From the NCBI GenBank assembly GCA_038496445.1, contig JALMLS010000097.1:157762-221761 (forward strand): 64,000 nucleotides of DNA, in the 5' to 3' direction. Origin of the DNA: Trichosphaerium sp. ATCC 40318. Taxonomy: Eukaryota; Protista; Tubulinea. The notes beneath the pieces are model-generated. The model ran no database searches and was not told the origin of the DNA. It saw only the letters and a list, made by a program, of their open reading frames with translations. A program made the position numbers and the translations under genes. Below are positions 54,301 through 64,000 of the stretch, piece by piece. How positions within the stretch are numbered: position 1 is the first letter of the stretch; each line of letters starts with the position of its first letter.

Positions 54301-57300
54301 ATTTTCAATAATCTTGCATAGATTATCCAAGTTCTCCGTTACAATTGTTTGCACAGCAATCTCTCGGCGTTGTGGGTCAGCCAAGTGTTGTTGAAGGACT
54401 GTTCGGATATTTGTCATTACAGCAACACGCAATGGTTCCTTAAATGTAACTGAGGTGAGAGAACCAGCGAGTTGTTTAACCATCAAGTGCGCTGCTTGTA
54501 GCATTACATTCTCATCAGGTTCAGTGGCAAAGTCCTTGAGTACCAGTTCCTTTGTGGTAACAACAGCAATTGTTACTGGTTGATCTAGCACCGGTTGGAT
54601 AGTATCCTACAAACAAGTGAGAACGCGACATTTCCAACAAAGAACAGAATGCAGGGCGTGTGTTCGTACCTTAATGGCAGTATGTACAGCAAGGTATATG
54701 AGCCGTTCTACTTCAGGAGGGATGGACAAACCAGGATTGATGCGTATTACGCCTGTACCAATATCTGCTTCAGGACCTGCAGGTACTTTTGGCCGTAGTA
54801 CAAGGTCAGCAGGTTTAATACTGCTAATCTTGGTTTCTAGCAAGTCGCACAACATCTCTACTTCAAATTTGAGGTTCTGTTTCAGTTTAGGTAATTGGTA
54901 TATAGCTGCAAGGACGCGCATAATACCCTAAATAGCCTTTATCAGCATCATTGACAAAAATAGTTGATAAAAGTAGTTTTGTATTAATACGCACCATGAC
55001 CCAAGGATTGGGTAGCTTAAAGTACTTTGAATTGACACAAGCAGCCTACAATCCATTGTGTTAGCACATAAATGAAAAAACCTTTACTAATAGACGTACA
55101 AGGATATGTCTTGTGAATGGAACAATAGCCACCATTGTCTTGTCTTTGCAAGAGTTGATTAAAATTTCCTAGCGGACAAAAAGTAAGTGCACGTGATTTC
55201 AACTAGTTTGTAATACCTTGAGTGGGAGTTGATTGTACTTGATTGGTATGTCTCTGGAGAGCGTTATGAGACCTAACCAACTTCCAAAGTTCTTCAAAAG
55301 AGTTCTATCGGAAGCATCGGTTGCAGGAGTACCACGCTTGATGAGTTTTAAAGCTGCAGCATATGTTTTTTCTAGAATCTTTTTCTCGAGCTCTTTGATG
55401 CTCAACTTCTCTACAAAACTCAAGTACGTCTTGTGAAAGTTATTTTGAGCACCAGCACGTTGTAGGACGAGGTAGTGCGCCAACCAATCATGATACTCAG
55501 GTAATAGTACTTCCTACAAATGCAAAGGTTAGCATTATACTCACAGATGGTTGTTGTAATGATACGGACCTTCATCTCTTTGACTTTGGTATCAACGTTG
55601 CCTTGTACCACATTATTGAAGATGAACTTAATCTTGTCGACTACATCTTCGGGTGGTACAAGAACATTCTCCACTTCTAGCTTACCAAGAGGGCCATACG
55701 ATGTATTCCACCTGGACTCAGGTGCTTGCGGTACACCATCGGTGGATGCCATGAGATCTTTGAACCCAGACATAGCAGGTGTGCGTGGTCGCACAGGAGG
55801 TGGTTCGTGCACGTTGTTCTCAGTAGGCGGTACAGGTTCCGTGAACGCTTCTTTCTGGGGCATTGGCAGATTGCTCGTTGGTTCCACACGCTGTATAGGC
55901 TGTTCTGGCTTTGGTGCAGCAGGTTGAGCAAATCCGTTTAGTTGGTCTAAAACAACAAGGCGTTAGAACGACGGTTGAACCAACAACAAAAAGAAAAATC
56001 ATACCATCACCTGGCATGCTTGAAGCATCTTGTCCATTTGATGCGGGCAAGTTTGGCATCTTAGCTTTTAAGTAATGAAATAGCTCTGGTTGGTGTTTCC
56101 GCAAGTGAGGTATCTGCAAAATATGGTGACAATATTGAGGCCATTCAGGTAATCTGCCTTGGAATTCTTTAACGGCTATCATACCAAAAGTAAACATCTT
56201 GCTTCCAGCAGGAGCCTAAAAATACCACTGTTAACAAAAAGCATGGTGTTGTAAACTAATAAACCTGAACGTACCTTCAGTGCCTCTAGTACATAGCGTA
56301 GTGCTATACCAAGAGGTATATAGCTCACAAGTTGATGTTGAATCAAACTTCCGAAAAATACAGCTGTTATTTTGAGTTCCTTGTCAGGGTACTTTGGGAA
56401 AAACCTTTTTGGTCACAAACATTAGCAACGAATGGAAGACAGGCTCCTAAAAACGAAAAGAATGTACCGATATTCATCAAATAAGTTGTGTATCATGCAA
56501 GCAAATATTTGTTGTTCTTCTGTAACTTGTGAGGCCTTGAATTGTTGCAACAATTTGATGAGCTCCTCGATTGTCATTTTTTCAGTGAACACACGCTGAA
56601 ACAATTTGTTCGCGATTATCTCGATACGTTTAGGGAACGCCTGTTCAAAAACCAAAGTAAGCAACCAAGTCGAACAACGCACAATATAGGTTGTTGCGAT
56701 TAATGGTAATTACAAATAGATACTAAGTTACATAGTTTAAAAAACAAACGATCGTCAACGGTTTCATTCAACCGAGGGGAATCGCCGCGCAAATCACCTC
56801 GCAGGTTCGCCATTATGCTCACATGTCTTTGTTTAGAGTAAGGTGAGCATAATGACCACCTGGTTGGTTTAGGGGAGGATGAAATGCGCTTCATTTGTAA
56901 TTACCAAATAACGCACGTCTTGTTTCAGAGGGAACGATTGGGGCACCTGGTCTGGAGGTAAATTTAGAGAGTTGAACTCTTCTAACTGCTCGGGTGTCAT
57001 AAGGCTCACATTATCTTGGAGAGCGCTCATAAAACGTCGCATAATTTCATTAGTAAGCGCTCGTGTACCAGTTGCTAAATGCAAACAGTCAGTCAAAATC
57101 AATAAAAATAAAAAAATAACACAACGAAGGTTCACGCACATGCTTGTTGAATGCGGAGTTTGACATATTCTATTAGTCTTGAAATGAAAATGTCACCTCT
57201 GCTTCTGATCATCTCCTTTAACCACATGTCCAAATTCAAGTGGCCTCTTTGTGCTGCGAGAGAACCAAGCTCAAGCGAGAACAGAACGTTCGAAGAGGAC

Positions 57301-59846
57301 TGGGCAAATGGTGAGCTGGATAAATGTAACGGTCACGAACCTCAAGAACTAGTTTAAGACCTTCCAATTCTTGTGCAATGTTTAATATGCGCGATAACGT
57401 AGCTGCATCTTGTCTCCATGCCTGCATCATGCCGTTAATGAGCACAGATGATTCCATAGCCCAAAGCTTGCGAAGAACAACGCCAGAGCTTGGATGAGAA
57501 GGGGATAAGAACACAGGTAACAATGTTTGAATTATCTCCTCTCTAAGGGTATTAGATGGTCCTTCGGGCCTGGACTGTACTACGGCTAGCAACAAAACCT
57601 AATCGAGATTTAGCACCACTATGTTTCGTTTATACACGTACTTCTGGACACTGCTTTGCAGGGTACTCAAAAACAGATCTAACAGCAGCATAACGCTCAT
57701 ACGAAAGTGTAAGCAAAGTCTCAACAAGTGAGACAGATAACCAGTTCTGAAGAATGACAGCAGTCTTAGGGGAAACATTGAGGTGAATATCCAACGAAAC
57801 CAACTTGGTAGGGGAGCACTGGAGGAGGTTGAATACTTCTGGAGGTGAATTTACGATCAACTTCAATAAGGATAGTTGGCCAGCAGTGTTCTTCCATATG
57901 TTGAAGAGCGCATCAGATGGAAATTGTTCCTTGAAGAATTACATTAATCACGGTTTCACCAATGTACAACCACCAAAAAAAAAATAAGATACCTTAGTGC
58001 CTCGGTAATACGCTGTCATGATGAACTTGAGGCCAGTCATATCGGTCAAAATAAATTCTGGGTAATCTAAACTACGCATGATCTTTGGCCACGAAACTTG
58101 TCCACACTAACACATCCACGCAGTCAGTACACCGCAGACTGTAAAGTAAAAAAGCGTACCACATCATTAATGCCATCAGCAACGACATTAGGATTCCAAG
58201 ACTTTGCACCTTCTGAGCCAAAGCTGTCATACAAAGGCTTCGAGTTGTAGAGAGGTACTGAGGTTTTTGGATTGAGCGACATGACAGTACGTGCCATCAT
58301 GCCAATCAATATTGCCAACTTCGTCTCGTTAAGTGCGCCAAACTGCTGTAGTTGCTGCAATACATTCTTGAAAGCCTCTACAGATGCAGTAGCCTTGTAT
58401 CCAAGATCCAATACAACCGCTGTGAACGAGTACGATCTCTTGAGCGCTTGAATAAATTCTCTATTGGCTTCTGGCTATTTTTACCGTCTTAGATCGGGGG
58501 CTAAAATGACATGTGTACGTACACTATTGACTTGTTGAACCAAGCCTGGATTAGTTGACGTTGAGGGCATAACTAAAGGTAAAAGTTCCGGCGGCATGTT
58601 CAATACTGGGCTTCCACCAGCAGCATCCGGTACCATATACCACTTTTTAATGTGTTCTGTGGCCACTCTATATTCGTCTTGAAAGCCTTATAAAAAAACT
58701 TAGCCTAATACAAGCGCCAACAAGAATGAGTGTTCCTCACCTGGTTCCGTCTTGAGGAAAGCCAAAAGGGAATGTATCATATTAGTAGACAGTTTATCAC
58801 GACACTTGTCAATCTCTAAGACGCTTTTCTTGAGCGTAAACCGACCTAAAGGAAAGTAAGACACAGCGTCACAATAAAAATAATTTATTTAAATTGCGCA
58901 CCAAGCTCCATTAATTTTTGATTGGATGATTTCGCGAAACTGAGATGTAACAATACCACATGCGGTAGCGAGAGACCAAGATGCTGAGCAATGTCATTCA
59001 ACTTCTCTTCAGTGAGGTGCATTGACGGGGCATGTCCTGAACGATTCCTGTTCTAGACAAACATATTAATGGATCACAAACCAACCAACCGACTTTTTTA
59101 GAATAGTAAACGGGGTTTTTAGCAAAGGAGAAATTATATTCGCTGTGGAAAACCCAGAAACAAGAAAAACAAGAATTGAAACTGGAATAAAGCGCAATTG
59201 CGTTCGTACGCTTGGGTTGGTGCCAGGGAAGGCCATTTCGAATGATTGGCAAACCATTGATACAAAATTCGGCATAGCGTACAGTTGGTTCATAAAAAGA
59301 GCGAGAACCTGATCGTTTAAGTTAATAACAGTTGCAGTGTGGTCAAAAGAAAACGATTTTTTTTTTTTTGTTCTTTGCAGAAATTTGAAACGTGGCGCCA
59401 CCAACGCATCCAGTTATGTCGGCGTAGAGTAATTGTGAGGGTAAAACAATAAAATCGTTTCAACGATGCAAATACTCATTGCAAAAGATTCCGAGCGATG
59501 TGGGGTAATTGATATAGCAAGACACTCATGTACCTGACTCCGTGCTTGATCTTTGCCAGACCTGTCCTTGAAGTCCACGAATGACAATAAGGTCCCAACA
59601 ATGTAAACCAATGTATCATCTCCATATTGTCGAACCAACTAAACGTGTTTGTGGGCGTTGATGCATCGTACTAGTTATCACACGCAGAAGGCGTTTAAAC
59701 GCCATCCTGAGTGAAAGAACAGAAGCACGCACGTTGGTAAGCTCTACCGCGTATTGCTTCGCGTTGTTATTTGTCAACTCAGCTACATAGTGGCGAATTT
59801 GCGTCGCTACGATGTTTGATATGGTGTTGCCTGAGCTTCTAAACAT
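51375..59846 (-). CDS. CNOT1: CCR4-NOT scaffold subunit NOT1
   Basis: [76 protein letters not shown] and [18 protein letters not shown]. Confidence 0.97.
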
Positions 59847-60134
59847 TTTTTATCTTGGGGTGGGGTCGTATACGTTGTTAATTCTCACGACCACACTCTA
59901 GTAATGTATGCGCTTACCACGCGCACATCGGCTGTTGTTTAAACGCCTGCGAAATTGTTTTACAGCAACAATAAGTTTAACTGTTTAAGTCGACCCAAAA
60001 ATTAATACAATACATTTACACAAGTGCCATCCATAAATAATCGTCTTATTTACGGAGGTAATCAACTATCAGCCAAGTAATTTGCGGTGATACAAATAAT
60101 CTTTTAAATTGGATGGTGCACGCTATTGTTGGTT

Positions 60135-62698
60135 ATGAGTGAATCAGATTTACCCGTTGTAACAACACCGCCGATGCGCCCTCGTAGCGACAAATGGCAG
60201 CGCGGACGAACGCGGGACTTTATTTATAACACCAGCAGACCCACTGAGCCGAATGCAAGGTATTTGCGTATTATTGTTTATTTGTATTTTCCTAACACGC
60301 TGTCAGACCCACTAGAGTGCGTGGTGAGAGTATTGGCATTGCAAGGAGAGACAGCGCGAGCGCCAGACCGCACGTTAGCGAAAGCATACCAATCGACTCT
60401 AGTAGAACGCGCATTCGTTCCTCTGTTGTGACAGCAACCAGTCCCCCTCAACGAAGAGGTGTTATGTCAATCCCACCACTATCGGTATACATTTGGCATC
60501 TTTGCCAAAACGCAGTTATTTACCTTTTTTAGCATGCCAACTCAGCCGCGTTTTTATTGCGCTCACCGCCGCCTCTCAGATTTGCTAGCCCAAAACTGGC
60601 TAGGTATGTCAAATGACGTGAAAAAAAAAAATTAGTCGGTAGAACATGTCAATAACAGCTTGTATTAGATCCCAAGGAGCAATTCAAATGTCACCTCAAC
60701 GCGCGAAAACCAAATCAGCACCTATTAGCGTCACTGGTAGTGTAAAAGAAGGCTACACTATTTCATATTTTGGTCAAGAACCGAGAATGGCTGTTAGTGG
60801 CCCAGAAGAGACAATGTCGCCATTGTTGAAGAAGAAGCAAAACAATAAGCTGATGCAACAGGTACAAAAAAAAACGCGGAGGGTGTCTAGTTGTTAGCTG
60901 CTGGGTTAATGTTTTTTTTTATTTCCTGTTTTTACATTTGGGCAAATGACACGTCTACACAATTACCATGAGATTGACGTGTAATTATGCGCAGGTTGAA
61001 AAATATTTGGGTGTGTTGAAGGGTAGACTGTCTATTAAGTTCCAAGACAAGAACGATCTGATTCAAGAGCTGACAACGCTTCGTGAGGAGAACAAGAATA
61101 TACTGCTTGAACTCTCGAACCGTGCGAATAGAACTCTTATAATGAGGTGAGTCGCGCATGCATCTGCTACAGAACTCCTCATTGATGATTGTGCATTAGA
61201 TATCGTGATTTGGCAAAAGTAAAACAATTGCGTGCTGAAAGTCGTGTAAGGTCAGTTTCGTCACGTCACAATTTTGTAGCAGTAGGCGCTTATTAGCTTT
61301 CTAGATTAGCGGAAGCATCTATTGAAGCTATTTCATCTAAAGTTGCGAATGTGAATGCAATCATCACTGCTTGGCGTAGCGGCAAACCAAAACCTAACAT
61401 TCAAATATATCCGCATTTTTATGTCAGTGTAAAGGGTAACGTGATATACTTGTTATGATAAGCTAATATTTTTATGCATAGATATATGCAAGAAGCATGA
61501 TGAGTATAGAAAAGCGCATTACTCTCTGAGGGTACGTGAATAAGGTGATGATTACTTGAATTTCTGACTGGTTGGTTGCTCTGTTTAGTGCCTGAATATA
61601 CAAGTCAAATTAGTACACAGACAGTACGTACTTGTTGCCGCTCGCGTAACACCTATGCGATCACAAAGGACGCGAAGCAAAGTGTTAAAGAGCATACTGG
61701 CCGCATCACCACCCATGTCAGAGAGTAGACCTCATTGTCCAGAGGCCTACAATCTACAAATGGACTTTGATCAGTTCATATTTGATAGTGCTTATCCTGA
61801 AGGCATGTGTTTTATCGTGTAACGTTATTTTTAGTTGCTAAGATTGTTGTAGGAAAGCAACTTAAATTCCTTTTTGGGCAACTTGAGACGAGTATAGCGT
61901 CTGTTCAACCACAAGAGATAATATCATTCCTTGAAGGCATGGTTAACACGATAATTTCAGGTAAAACTACATGAGGTCTCGTTTGATGTTTTTTAACCTT
62001 TGTTAGATCACTCCATCGCTACAGAAGAGTTTGAGCGTGTTTATCTTTATCTCGAACGCTCAGTATTTCCTAAAATTCAGAACCAACTATTGAAAATAAC
62101 GTGCATTGATACTGTAGACTTTGATGAGCACAATGAGATGTTTTTGAAAGGTTTGAGCTTAATGTCAGTCCATTTCCACTACTTACTTTGTACAGGTCAA
62201 GCTCACTTAAGAGCGCAACCGTTAGTTCATATGGTATACCTTCTGTACTTGAAAATCCTCCAGAGCTTTTCGCCTCAGCGATTGATACGTTATCCTATTT
62301 ATCCTATCAGACAGTGCGTAACAAAACATTATTTATTTCAAAAGGAACTAATTTTATTCATCTCAGTGCCCTTGTGATATTGCGTACGTGATGGCAGATG
62401 CTTTGGATAAGATAGCAACAGTGGCTCAAGACAAAGAAGGCCCCCTAGGTACTCCCGAATTAAAAAATGAACAATTTGTAGCTACAAATGTCTAACTTTG
62501 CGATTAGGTGCTGATGTACTATTTCCTATTGTTCTATTTTGTTTGACACAATCAGAGACTTTGTGCCTTCAAGAGACGTTATTTATTGTCAAGAATTTTT
62601 CGAGCTCAGCTGAATGCCGTGGTCCTCTGGGATACAGTGTAGCGACAGTTGATGCTGCAGCTTCCCATATAAAAGTTGCCCTAGACGAGGCTACGTAA
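60135..62698 (+). CDS. Coiled-coil plus VPS9-domain protein (putative Rab5-family GEF)
   Basis: LGADVLFPIVLFCL...GPLGYSVATVDAA (VPS9 GAD.L.P and G..GY..AT motifs), with an upstream coiled coil. Confidence 0.75.
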
Positions 62699-63367
62699 TG
62701 GCAGAATTGTAACAGCTAGGGTGGACCTGTTTTTGGGTTTTACTTGGTTTTTAACATCAACCAACATGGGAGCTGCTTAGCAAGAAGAGCAACACCCTGT
62801 ATGATGCGCCTCAAAAGGTGCAGCGTGTCGGAAACTTGTCAAAACGAGTAGCATTGATATCGTTCAACGCGGAGAAGAGAAGTCAGCACAGTTAAGAGAT
62901 ATTTGTTGATGGAGTGCAGATTATGAGATGAATAAAAATATTATTGGGCACTATCTACGCGTTGTCTTATTTGCTGTGCAGTTCTTGCTGTATTTATGTG
63001 ACTAAAGTGATGTCTCGTATTTAACAATAATTTGTAGAATGACCCAAGATCTGTTGCACTTATTAAAAGCTCTGATAGCTTCAAGCAAGTATTGTACAGG
63101 ACAGGTGAGTGATGTAAGCCACCTACTGCTATAACTTCGGAGAATGAAGAAGACTGCAACGGACAACTCCAAAGGTAGTGGAGGTCTACAAAACAACTGT
63201 GACACCGATTTTGAAGACTGAAAACTTGAATACTACTTTTTTCATTGATGGTCTTTACAAAAGCTGCTTTGTCATTGTGTGCCAGAATCTGTAACGTCCG
63301 TGCTCTTAAGAAACATATTGACTTTCGGTTATCTCTTGGACCGTTATTTAACCCTGTTCAACTAAAT

Positions 63368-64000
63368 ATGTCGCCGGTTCGGACAAGATTGAGCTCCCAC
63401 TGGTACATGATGAGCTCTTGTCTTCTGACATGGAGGTTCTATCGTTCTCTTCAGAAGATGTTTCAACGCATAGTGGTTTCTCCCTGTACTTTGATGCCCT
63501 CTTCCGACGAGGAAGTAGATCCGGTATCTAACGATACATATAGCGCTCTGAAGCATTACAATTCGAAGGTGTGTTCTACACATACCCTTGAATTTACCTT
63601 TGGGCGTTACTCATTGCCTAAATCACCTTTACACAGCCGATGTAACTGAAGCTGCCGAGCTACGCAAAGCAGTTTGTGAGCAACTTGAACATGTGTTTGC
63701 TCAGCTTCAACAATATAAACTGGACCCTGAAGACCCACAAAATACATTAGCATGGTTTGGCTACGATTTCGACTTGAGAATTTACTCACTTAATTGTTGT
63801 AGGGTGGTGAACCTAAATAAGTTTGCGCAGTCCTTGCATACTACAGATTAGTTGCCCAGCGCATCGGTTGATATGGCCAATAAATGTCCTTTGTGTAACC
63901 TTTGACACATTCATATTGAGTCCTGATTGTCCGTTGTCGTGCCATTTCTATAATTTTCTTAGGAGTCTTAGGAAACCAACTTACGACAACAACTGTTAAG
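63368..64000 (+). CDS. 5' part of a hypothetical multi-exon gene, truncated by the window
   Basis: ATG at 63368 followed by exon-like segments flanked by GT-AG (e.g. ADVTEAAELRKAVCEQLEHVFAQLQQYKLDPEDPQNTLAW). Confidence 0.45.

Noticed and set aside
56770-56860. TPP riboswitch in the CNOT1 intron (contains cgaacctg)
   Set aside because: It lacks the UGAGA and GAUAAUGCC-type conserved elements.
62941-63205. Minus-strand ORFs between the VPS9 gene and the last gene
   Set aside because: Non-ATG starts, no clear exon chain and no homology signal.

Overview
Compact, intron-rich eukaryotic DNA with about 26 protein-coding genes. Introns are mostly ~45-90 nt with GTACG-type donors, and many genes sit in tight head-to-head pairs. 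A RacC-type GTPase and a SepA/Cdc7-type kinase point to an amoebozoan protist (inference). Recognisable genes: SepA/Cdc7 kinase, putative ATP synthase subunit g, NAD-IDH regulatory subunit, a PH-C1-SH3-SH3 protein, an ICMT/PEMT-like protein, RPB6, EXO70, RacC, a PRR11-like protein, SEPSECS, mitochondrial ValRS, PEX6, LTV1, DUF3605, PWP1, an NCS-type EF-hand protein, CNOT1 and a VPS9 protein. A ~6 kb transposon island (17.7-23.7 kb) holds a non-autonomous TIR element with CCCGTAC arrays (one full copy, one inverted partial copy), older decayed repeats and a LINE relic. The old parts are almost free of CpG, consistent with methylation-driven decay. Most interesting: (1) an unassigned ~280-nt structured RNA candidate with a terminal stem, a TTTT end and a telomerase-template-like 12-mer, between PWP1 and the EF-hand gene; (2) long introns that repeatedly fold into stems restoring a short effective length, including a CNOT1 intron that buries a premature-stop exon; (3) a tandem-repeat plus PD-(D/E)xK nuclease protein; (4) a 2H-phosphoesterase/DUF218/ankyrin/histidine-phosphatase fusion; (5) an apparent GT-CG intron in SEPSECS. 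All gene models were spliced by eye, so boundaries are approximate.
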